This document shows positions 38,422-45,594 of a stretch of 64,000 bases of DNA, in pieces; positions within the stretch are counted from its first letter, which is position 1; each line of letters opens with the position of its first letter. The stretch spans positions 10,074-74,073 of the forward strand of contig JBEIVB010000001.1 in assembly GCA_040374085.1 (NCBI GenBank). Reading direction: 5' to 3'. Under the pieces are notes generated by a model, which was not told the DNA's origin, made no database searches, and saw nothing but the letters and a program-made list of their open reading frames with translations. The translations under genes and the position numbers were made by a program. Source of the DNA: Flavobacteriales bacterium. Its GTDB lineage: Bacteria; Bacteroidota; Bacteroidia; UBA4408.

Positions 38422-39774
38422 TTAAGGCTCTCTTGCCAAAAGCTCGGCATACAATGCCGTTGTTAGGCTGGAGGATCGAAAAAAAAGACAGTTTCTTACT
38501 ACCGTTCCTCCACTGAAAAAAACACCGCCGGGCAAATACGCTTCCTCTCCATTCGAAACTACCTGAGTTTCTAGAAAAGCTTTGGCCTTGGATAAGGCTT
38601 TTTTAGCCTGCTCATCCTCTTTCCCCAAAATGGAAAGAGCCAGAGCAGCATAAAGGGTGTTTTGTATGCGATCTCCTTTTAGAATACGATGCCTGCCTTT
38701 ATAAGATCCATCAGGTCTTTGGGTACGCAGCAAATGCTTCAATGCCGTATGCCTAGCCTCATTGAGCTCCGGGTTTCCAGCATCCCAAGCCCGAGCAATG
38801 GCCAAATGAAAAGTATACCGATTGGGATAATACGTTCCTCCTCTTGACCAACGTCCGGTTCGCGCTTTTTTATTGATTAAACGTATAGCACCCGCTCTCG
38901 GGCAAATGGAATCCGGTACTCCAGCTTTTCCCAGGTATGTAAGTACATTACAATTAACCACTCCATCGAATTCATTTGCTCCATAAGGAATGTACTCTCT
39001 TTTGCCATCTGGATAACACGAACTCCACGGTGCAAAAAACCAGATGTTTGCCCATAAAGTTTTATATATACTCCAACCACCAGGATATTGGTGCTCATCT
39101 GACAGCCAGGTTAAGAATGCGCCTCTCCCATAAGACAGATCAAATGAGTAATTGTACCAGTGGAAGTTTTTTCGATTCTCATCTGTATAGCAGCTCATGG
39201 GTATTTGCGCAGGGGGCTTTGCTCCATGCCACCACTCCGCGAGCAGCCCGGTAGAAGTATCATCAGCATCTGGAGCCACATTGGCTGCATGATTGATGAA
39301 CGGTTTTTTTAAGGGGAAGCAGGTAGGTCTTATTACCGAGTCGGGAGGGCTCTTGCCCCATCCGGGATTGGGCTTCAGATGCTTCCAAAAATAATACCGC
39401 CCGTTCCGTTTATAGGTGAGCAACTCCCGATAGGAATCATCCATCATCTTCTTCACAAAGGCCTCCACCTCGTTCCTCTGAACTACCTCGCAAAGAGCAT
39501 TGTGAACGGCAATGGTTGTAAACGCGTTCGAATCTCGAAACCTACCCTTCTTGCCCAACATAACAAAGGCAAATTTTAATTCCATAGAACCGGGCCATTC
39601 CCCCTGAAAAGCAGTATCGGCAACAGATTGGGTAACCTGCTGGTGATAAAGGTAGGTCAGCAAGGAACTCAACCTTGCAGAGGGCTTAGCAAGCACCTGA
39701 GCACCCAAAGGTCTGCTGCTCGCAAACACCAAGATGATCAGCCAAAGAATAAGACCCGCTCGTTTTAGTATCAT
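38422..39774 (-). CDS. Secreted hypothetical protein with QW-like repeats and a DxDD(T/S) motif (prenyltransferase/squalene-cyclase-repeat-like alpha/alpha-toroid candidate)
   Basis: Probable start MILKRAGLILWLIILVFASSRPLGAQV (signal peptide). The listed ORF runs to 40050 but overlaps the divergent GT gene. Motifs DADDTS, EHQYPGGWS, LRTQRPDGSYKG. Confidence 0.4.
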   Translation of the reverse strand: MILKRAGLILWLIILVFASSRPLGAQVLAKPSARLSSLLTYLYHQQVTQSVADTAFQGEWPGSMELKFAFVMLGKKGRFRDSNAFTTIAVHNALCEVVQRNEVEAFVKKMMDDSYRELLTYKRNGRYYFWKHLKPNPGWGKSPPDSVIRPTCFPLKKPFINHAANVAPDADDTSTGLLAEWWHGAKPPAQIPMSCYTDENRKNFHWYNYSFDLSYGRGAFLTWLSDEHQYPGGWSIYKTLWANIWFFAPWSSCYPDGKREYIPYGANEFDGVVNCNVLTYLGKAGVPDSICPRAGAIRLINKKARTGRWSRGGTYYPNRYTFHLAIARAWDAGNPELNEARHTALKHLLRTQRPDGSYKGRHRILKGDRIQNTLYAALALSILGKEDEQAKKALSKAKAFLETQVVSNGEEAYLPGGVFFSGGTVVRNCLFFRSSSLTTALYAELLAREP

Positions 39775-39796
39775 TGCAACAAAGGTAATCAAGCCA

Positions 39797-40849
39797 ATGT
39801 CGCACTCCCACAAGGTATTGATCGCAGCACTGCATTGGGGCATTGGCCATGCCAGCAGGTGCATTCCCATTGCCAGAGCGTTCGAGGAGCTTGGCTGGGA
39901 GGTGACGGTGGCTTCGGATGGAGCTGCATTGGACCTTTTGCGGATTTCTCTACCGCATTTGGAGGCCTTAGAGATGCCGGGGCTGGAGGTATCGTATTCG
40001 CCAGAACCCTTTTCAAGTCTGGGGCATTTGAGTTTGGTTCCGCGACTCATTCGTCACATCAACAAAGACCAAAAATGGCTTAAGAGCCTAACTCAAACGA
40101 ATAACTTTGATTTAATCATCAGCGACCACAGGCTGGGGATTTGGCACCCACGTATTCCTAGCATTTTGGTCGCACACCAGCTCAGCATTCCCTTTCCCGT
40201 TGGCCTTCAGTTCCTCAATCGCTTTCACCATCGATTACTGAAGCCTTTTAAAGAAGTGTGGATTCCAGATGCGCCTAATGGAACCCTCTCCGGATCGCTT
40301 TCCGCATGGCCATCAAGCCCTTATCGAGCTTGGAATATGGGTCTACTTTCCCGCTTTTTTCCTGAACCTGCGCCTGCCACTTCTCCTTCCGAGGATTACA
40401 TACTCGGAATGGCGTCCGGTCCTCCACCTCAACGCGAGTTTTTCATCGATTGCTTGTTAAGTTGGGCGCCCAAAATGCCTCTTCCTTTGGTGTTGATTGA
40501 AGGTTCGCCGGGCCAATTACATGAACATTATCAGGGAACCGTTCGATGTTTCAATCACCTCCCCACCGATGAACTAGCGCAATTTATAAGAGGAGCTTCA
40601 TTTGTTGTTGCACGTTCGGGCTATTCGACCCTAATGGATCTTGCCGCCTTTCAAAAACCTGCCTTGCTGGTGCCAACACCGGGCCAATGGGAACAAGAAT
40701 ACTTGGCAAAGTACCTGAGTGCACAATATGGGTTCAGCACCGCAACGCAAAACCCCGGTCAAACTCCAAACTTCAACAATATAAAAAGCAACTGGCCTAA
40801 AAACTTAGCTTTCTTTACAAAAGAGACCCTGGAATTGAAACTAAGCTAA
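39797..40849 (+). CDS. Glycosyltransferase, MurG-like (GT28 C-terminal domain / GT1 superfamily), not the cell-division murG
   Basis: C-terminal ASFVVARSGYSTLMDLAAFQKPALLVPTPGQWEQEYLAKYL matches the GT28-C pattern (R.G..T..E...G.P.ilvP......EQ..NA). N-terminal HWGIGHASRC glycine-rich loop. Start taken at internal Met (MSHSHKV...). Confidence 0.55.
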   Translation: MSHSHKVLIAALHWGIGHASRCIPIARAFEELGWEVTVASDGAALDLLRISLPHLEALEMPGLEVSYSPEPFSSLGHLSLVPRLIRHINKDQKWLKSLTQTNNFDLIISDHRLGIWHPRIPSILVAHQLSIPFPVGLQFLNRFHHRLLKPFKEVWIPDAPNGTLSGSLSAWPSSPYRAWNMGLLSRFFPEPAPATSPSEDYILGMASGPPPQREFFIDCLLSWAPKMPLPLVLIEGSPGQLHEHYQGTVRCFNHLPTDELAQFIRGASFVVARSGYSTLMDLAAFQKPALLVPTPGQWEQEYLAKYLSAQYGFSTATQNPGQTPNFNNIKSNWPKNLAFFTKETLELKLS

Positions 40850-40863
40850 AAGCGATAAGCGCA

Positions 40864-41538
40864 TCAGGGTTCGTACTTGTAACCTATGCCCTTTATGGTT
40901 TTAATGTAGTTTTCTCCCAGCTTTTCACGCAATTTTCGGACGTGCACGTCTATGGTGCGATCTCCTACTACCACGTCTTCTCCCCAAACCTTGTTGAGGA
41001 TGGTAAGTCGGGTAAACACATGACCGGGTTTCGACATCAACAAATCGATCAATTCGAACTCTTTTTTGGGCAGCTGCAGAGGCTGGCCATCCTTAAACAC
41101 CACAAACTTGGCCCGATCGGCACGCAATCCCTCATTGCTTGGCATTTCCTCTTGGCTATCCAACCGTCTCAACAAGGCCTGCAGTCGACTGATGAGAACC
41201 CTTGGCTTGATGGGCTTCGTAATGTAATCGTCGCCTCCCGATTCGAACCCGCTGATCTGCGAATAATCCTCGCCCCTGGCGGTGAGAAAGGCAATGATAA
41301 CTTTGTTGTTTCTTAACCCAACTCTAATTTCACGGGTCGTTTCCATGCCGTCCATTTCAGGCATCATCACGTCCATAAGAATCAAATGGGGATTCCAAGA
41401 TCGGGTTAGAGTAATCGCCAATTTGCCATTTTCGGCGGTCTCCACTTGATACCCCTCTTTACGTAGGTTGTGCTCCAAAATTTCACGAATGTCTTCCTCA
41501 TCGTCAACAATTAGGATTCGGATGTCGGCTGGATTCAT
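40864..41538 (-). CDS. Two-component response regulator, OmpR/PhoB family (no cognate kinase nearby)
   Basis: ILIVDDEEDIREIL...LILMDVMMPEMDG...LTARGED...GGDDYITKPI receiver. Winged-helix C-terminus (TRLTILNKVWGEDVVVGDRTIDVHVRKLREKL). Confidence 0.85.
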   Translation of the reverse strand: MNPADIRILIVDDEEDIREILEHNLRKEGYQVETAENGKLAITLTRSWNPHLILMDVMMPEMDGMETTREIRVGLRNNKVIIAFLTARGEDYSQISGFESGGDDYITKPIKPRVLISRLQALLRRLDSQEEMPSNEGLRADRAKFVVFKDGQPLQLPKKEFELIDLLMSKPGHVFTRLTILNKVWGEDVVVGDRTIDVHVRKLREKLGENYIKTIKGIGYKYEP

Positions 41539-41586
41539 GGAGTGGGATATTTTTGCACGAAGGTATTCGCCTTAAACCATTTCTGA

Positions 41587-42525
41587 TTGAAACGCACCGT
41601 TAAGAATTCGTTATTACCGCTGTTGAGGCTCTGGTTGCTTTGCCTGATGGGCGCTCAACCCCAAACGTTAAGGGCCCAGGACGATTGGGCCTGGTGGAAA
41701 AACCGTCACCGTTGGCCGGGTGATCGTTCCCCGCTCGAGTACATTGTTCGTGCACCGGGTCGTATGGGCCCCAACGCCTTGCCCATACCAGGCATTCCCG
41801 ATCCGAGTATTGGATACCGCACCCGGTGCTGGCTTGCCGGAAACTGGGCGGGAGGAAGAGGCGACCAGACCCTAAATCCAGAGATTGGCATTTATTTTCC
41901 TTTACTCAAAAACCGTTTGGCTCTGGAAGCCCGCACCAATGGGTTCGAATACTACCGAATGAGCGCCGAAACGAGGGATTTCAGAATGGCCAAAGACAGC
42001 ATAGGCGAGGGATTTTCGAAATCTGAAACTTACCTAACCATCCTTGCACGGCTTTGGTCGGAATCCAATGCCAGACCGGCTTGCTCAATAACCTTCTCTG
42101 TAAAACCAACTACAGGAAAAAACCTGGAAAACGCCCGTCACATTAATGCACCGGCCTATTCATTTGCATGGTGCAGCGGTGGAAAATTGGACTGGTTGGG
42201 ATTTTCAGGATGGTCGTACCGCGCTCAAATCGGGGGTATGATTTGGCAAAAAGGAGATGATGCACAAAACGATGCATGGATTTATGGCTTGGGTGTTTCC
42301 CGGCATTGGGTCAATCTTACCGCTTCCATGTTTTGGCTCGGAATGCAGGGTTATACCGGGTTAGGCGACCGGCCTCAGGTGCTCCGCGGAACAATCAACT
42401 ATGGTTGGAAAAAATGGGAGTTGGAAACCGGTTGCCAATATGCACTCCGCGATTTTGTACCCTGGTTTGCCCAAGCAAAACTCATTTGGAAATGGGATTG
42501 GGCTGATAGAACCAATTCCTATTAA
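41587..42525 (+). CDS. Secreted Trp/Gly-rich hypothetical protein (putative outer-membrane beta-barrel)
   Basis: 312 aa. Apparent TTG start 48 nt from the divergent response-regulator start. Signal peptide LLPLLRLWLLCLMGAQPQTLRAQ. Alternating aromatic/hydrophilic pattern and C-terminal aromatic-rich end. Confidence 0.4.
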   Translation: MKRTVKNSLLPLLRLWLLCLMGAQPQTLRAQDDWAWWKNRHRWPGDRSPLEYIVRAPGRMGPNALPIPGIPDPSIGYRTRCWLAGNWAGGRGDQTLNPEIGIYFPLLKNRLALEARTNGFEYYRMSAETRDFRMAKDSIGEGFSKSETYLTILARLWSESNARPACSITFSVKPTTGKNLENARHINAPAYSFAWCSGGKLDWLGFSGWSYRAQIGGMIWQKGDDAQNDAWIYGLGVSRHWVNLTASMFWLGMQGYTGLGDRPQVLRGTINYGWKKWELETGCQYALRDFVPWFAQAKLIWKWDWADRTNSY

Positions 42526-42580
42526 AAATAAAAAAGGCCATCATCTGGTGATGATGGCCTTTTTGTTTTCTAAAATGAAA

Positions 42581-42769
42581 TCAGAGAAGATCTACAATGT
42601 CCATCTTAAGAACGCGTGCAATCCGCTTTGCAGTAGAAATGCGCATGTCAACTTCCTTGGTTTCGTAGCGCTGGTAGGCCGCTTGGCTGATGCCGAGCTT
42701 TTTGCCAACTGCTTCCTGCGAAAGGCCCATTTCTATCCTTCGCTTGTAGATTTTTTTGAATGGTTTCAT
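42581..42769 (-). CDS. Small HTH_XRE (Cro/C1-type) transcriptional regulator
   Basis: 63 aa from Met MKPFKKIY.... HTH LSQEAVGKKLGISQAAYQRYE. The listed 80-aa ORF has an unlikely hydrophobic leader. Confidence 0.6.
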   Translation of the reverse strand: MKPFKKIYKRRIEMGLSQEAVGKKLGISQAAYQRYETKEVDMRISTAKRIARVLKMDIVDLL

Positions 42770-43142
42770 GTGATGAGGTTGTTTTTTGTTGTCGCAAAGA
42801 AAAAAAACATTTGTTATACTCAAACAACATATTTTTTAATAGACGAAAAATAGATATTAGACTATGGTTTTTAATAATTCGTCGACGATTTAATACCAAT
42901 TACACAAAAACAAAATCTTACTAATAACAACATGAAAGCAAAGTCGGAACCAATAACTTATATATGCAGACTGATGCTTTCCAATGAGGTCTCCAATAAA
43001 CTATAAATATTTAAAAATCAACAAGTTAATAGTTAGTCACAAAGAAAAAAAAACCAGAAATAGTCCATCTTTTGGTTTTATGTAAGAATAAAAGCAATGC
43101 AATAAGAAAAGCCCAAGGGCCCTACAAGTGCTTATAAAAGGA
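42770..43142. other. Markedly AT-rich ~370-nt non-coding region (candidate regulatory region / ncRNA / former integration scar)
   Basis: No ORF of 60 aa or more on either strand. Visibly lower GC than all flanking DNA, with long A/T runs. Confidence 0.5.
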
Positions 43143-43170
43143 AAAGCCCCTCCGACAAGAGGGGCTTTTG
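43143..43170 (-). terminator. Rho-independent terminator downstream of the CAT-anticodon tRNA
   Basis: AAAAGCCCCTC-cgacaa-GAGGGGCTTTT palindrome (9-bp GC-rich stem) followed on the minus strand by TTTTCCTTTTAT. Confidence 0.6.
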
Positions 43171-43173
43171 AAG

Positions 43174-43247
43174 TAGCGGGGACGGGAATTGAACCCGTGA
43201 CCTCAGGGTTATGAATCCTGCGCTCTAACCACCTGAGCTACCCCGCC
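43174..43247 (-). tRNA. tRNA with CAT anticodon (elongator tRNA-Met or lysidine-type tRNA-Ile2)
   Basis: Reverse complement folds as GGCGGGG-TA-GCTC-AGGTGGTTA-GAGC-G-CAGGA-TTCATAA-CCCTG-AGGTC-ACGGG-TTCAATT-CCCGT-CCCCGCT-A. C11:G24 argues against initiator type. One A31:C39 mismatch and G1:U72 wobble. Confidence 0.8.
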
Positions 43248-43257
43248 AAAAGGCGCG

Positions 43258-43265
43258 CAAATATA
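43258..43265 (-). promoter_or_regulatory. Putative Bacteroidota-type -7 promoter element (TATATTTG = TAnnTTTG) ~10 nt upstream of the tRNA 5' end
   Basis: Minus-strand reading TATATTTG matches the Bacteroidetes sigma-A -7 consensus TAnnTTTG. No convincing -33 TTTG was seen. Confidence 0.3.
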
Positions 43266-43281
43266 GAAGTTTTTTTTCCGC

Positions 43282-44220
43282 TTAATCACCCAGAATCGCA
43301 ACCTGCTCCAACTCTCCTTCTATCCACCATCCTCTATACATCCCAGGAGTGTTGAATACCATTATGGGAGGCCCCTCCTTCCCAATCGAAATCAGGCCCC
43401 CTTCACCTCCTTGCGCCTTCAACACCTTCATTACCACATCATGAGAAGCGGTTTCGACATCCACTCCGGCCAATCGAACGCGCGCCGCAACCTCGTGTGC
43501 AACCACATTTCGGAGAAAAAACTCCCCGTGCCCTGTGCAGCTTACGGCTACCCAATCGTCGGCAAAAGTTCCGGCTCCAACAACCGGGGTATCTCCTACC
43601 CTGCCGTAGCGCTTGTTGGTCATTCCTCCCGTAGAAGTGGCCGCAGCTAAGTTTCCGCTCGCATCGCGGGCAACAGCACCTACCGTGCCGAACTTCTTTT
43701 CAGAGGTATGATCGAGTTGAACCCGATCCAAAACCAGGGCCTCCTGCCATTGACGAAAACGATACGGCTCAAAAAAGTAGTCCCGGTCCACAAACGTAAA
43801 CCCTCTTTGGTCAGCAAAATTTTCGGCCCCTGAACCGCAAAGCAAAACATGCTCACTGTGCTCCAAGACTTCCTTGGCCAACAATACAGGATTCGCAATC
43901 CTTGAAACACCCGCTACAGCGCCAGCACGCCCCATAGCACCGTCCATCAAGCTGGCATCCAGCTCGTGACCTCCTTCATGCGTAAGAACTGCGCCCCGAC
44001 CGGCATTAAACATAGGAGAATCCTCCAGTACACGAACAGCCTCTACCACTGCATCCAGAGCATTTCCTCCATTCGTTAACACCCTCTTGCCAGCCTTTAG
44101 GGCAATGGAAAGAGCCTCCTCATAATAAGCTGCACGCTCTTGAGTAAGCTCTGACCTTAAAATTGTTCCGGCTCCACCATGGATGGCCAGAGCAGGAGTT
44201 GTTTCAGATTTGTTTTTCAT
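43282..44220 (-). CDS. Isoaspartyl peptidase / L-asparaginase (Ntn-hydrolase, asparaginase-2 family)
   Basis: ALAIHGGAGT N-terminus. Autoproteolytic/nucleophile region GTVGAVARD. GAGTFADDWVAVSCTGHGE. Start taken at MKNKSETTPALAIHGG. Confidence 0.8.
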   Translation of the reverse strand: MKNKSETTPALAIHGGAGTILRSELTQERAAYYEEALSIALKAGKRVLTNGGNALDAVVEAVRVLEDSPMFNAGRGAVLTHEGGHELDASLMDGAMGRAGAVAGVSRIANPVLLAKEVLEHSEHVLLCGSGAENFADQRGFTFVDRDYFFEPYRFRQWQEALVLDRVQLDHTSEKKFGTVGAVARDASGNLAAATSTGGMTNKRYGRVGDTPVVGAGTFADDWVAVSCTGHGEFFLRNVVAHEVAARVRLAGVDVETASHDVVMKVLKAQGGEGGLISIGKEGPPIMVFNTPGMYRGWWIEGELEQVAILGD

Positions 44221-44324
44221 TTCGTGGACAAAGGGACAAAACACCCAACAGAAAAAAAAATTAAGTCAAAAACGAAACTTGAAAAAGTTTTCAACTATAT
44301 TTGCGTCATCAATCGCGAAACAAA

Positions 44325-45104
44325 ATGAAGGAAACCGACAACAACCGACTCAAAGCTTTCCGGCAATCAACCGGCCTGCAACAAGGTGAATTTGCACAAC
44401 GGTTAGGACTGAAGCAGGGCTCTTACAGTGACATTGAGCGAGGGCGTAATGCCATCTCTTACCCTGTGCTGAAAAAGGCTATGCTGGAATTTGATTTGAA
44501 TCCGAGTTGGCTCATTTCCGGAATCGGCGGCATGACGGTGGCAGAAGATGAAGCCCTCGAAGCTGCAAACAGAAAGCACTCAGAGATTAAGGACCCGGAA
44601 GACAACATCATTTTGGTGGAGCAGAAAGCTGCTGCAGGCTACCTTCAGGGCATTCAGCAAGACGTTGCATACGCATCTAAGCTTCCAAGTTTTCGACTCC
44701 CCGGTTTTTATGGCATTTCGTACCGTGCGTTTGAAGTAACCGGTTACTCCATGCTACCGAGCTTAAATCCCAAAGACATTCTGGTTTGCAAGCGTTTGGA
44801 AAGCCCGGCAGATATCAAACGCGAGAAGGTATACGTGGTGGTTATGCAAGATGGGTCGATTGTTGCCAAACGCCTTCAGTACCATAAGCGCGACCACTAC
44901 TTCACCGCCATTTCAGACAATGCGGAGGAATATCCTGCGTATGATTTCACAATTCAAGAGGTATTTGAAATCTGGCAGGCCGAAGCGCGCATCACCAACA
45001 AGCTCGAGACGGACGATCAACCTCAGGCCAAACTTGGTGAGCTTGAAGCACGTTTGCTCAAGCTCGAGAAAATGCTCAGACTCAACGGCATCAATAAATT
45101 GTAG
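44325..45104 (+). CDS. HTH_XRE + peptidase S24 (LexA/phage-CI-like) self-cleaving repressor
   Basis: N-terminal HTH LQQGEFAQRLGLKQGSYSDIERGRNAIS. C-terminal S24 domain with catalytic Ser context FEVTGYSMLP and Lys context VAKRL. Listed ORF starts 8 codons earlier. Confidence 0.7.
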   Translation: MKETDNNRLKAFRQSTGLQQGEFAQRLGLKQGSYSDIERGRNAISYPVLKKAMLEFDLNPSWLISGIGGMTVAEDEALEAANRKHSEIKDPEDNIILVEQKAAAGYLQGIQQDVAYASKLPSFRLPGFYGISYRAFEVTGYSMLPSLNPKDILVCKRLESPADIKREKVYVVVMQDGSIVAKRLQYHKRDHYFTAISDNAEEYPAYDFTIQEVFEIWQAEARITNKLETDDQPQAKLGELEARLLKLEKMLRLNGINKL

Positions 45105-45147
45105 CATTGTGCTGGTTTGAGTAAATTCGCGGTTCTTTTTCGGAACC

Positions 45148-45594
45148 ATGAGCGAATTCATACATTCCAGCAAAGCACCGGAGCCCGTTGGGCTTTATCC
45201 CCATGCGCGAAGAGTTGGAAATTTACTTTTTCTATCCGGCGTGGGGCCACGGGAGCGGGGCACAAAAAAAATACCCGGTGTAGAGCTGGATGAGCAAGGC
45301 AACATTGCGTCTTACGACATCGAAATCCAGTGCCGCAGCGTGTTCCAAAACATCCGCTACATTCTGGAAGACTCGGGAAGTCGTTGGGAAGACATCGTAG
45401 ACGTAACGGTATTCCTTACCAACATGAAAGACGACTTTCCGATTTACAATCGGGTATATGCCGAGTACTTTAAAGACAACCAGCCTTGTCGAACTACCCT
45501 CGAAATCAACTGCCTGCCAACCCCCATTGCCATTGAACTAAAGGTAATTGCCCACATTCAAAATCCATTGACCGACTCGGCATCCCATACATGA
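45148..45594 (+). CDS. ridA: RidA/YjgF/TdcF family reactive-intermediate deaminase
   Basis: 148 aa. Conserved LFLSGVGP...V.VTVFLTNM..DF...N.VY..YF...PCRTT.E...LP motif pattern of the YjgF/chorismate-mutase-like family. Confidence 0.8.
   Translation: MSEFIHSSKAPEPVGLYPHARRVGNLLFLSGVGPRERGTKKIPGVELDEQGNIASYDIEIQCRSVFQNIRYILEDSGSRWEDIVDVTVFLTNMKDDFPIYNRVYAEYFKDNQPCRTTLEINCLPTPIAIELKVIAHIQNPLTDSASHT

Noticed and set aside
39734-40050. Apparent ~300-nt antisense overlap between the listed 542-aa minus ORF and the listed 371-aa plus ORF
   Set aside because: Resolved by choosing internal starts: a signal-peptide Met at 39774 for the minus gene and a Met at 39797 for the GT gene. The long N-terminal extensions lack signal peptides or motifs and are likely non-coding.
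42581-45104. Possible prophage or integrative element at the CAT-anticodon tRNA (XRE regulator, AT-rich tract, CI-like S24 repressor nearby)
   Set aside because: No integrase, recombinase, terminase, capsid or other phage/ICE genes. The genes flanking the tRNA are housekeeping (asparaginase, ridA, ileS), and the repressor is on the opposite side of the tRNA from the AT-rich tract. At most a remnant.
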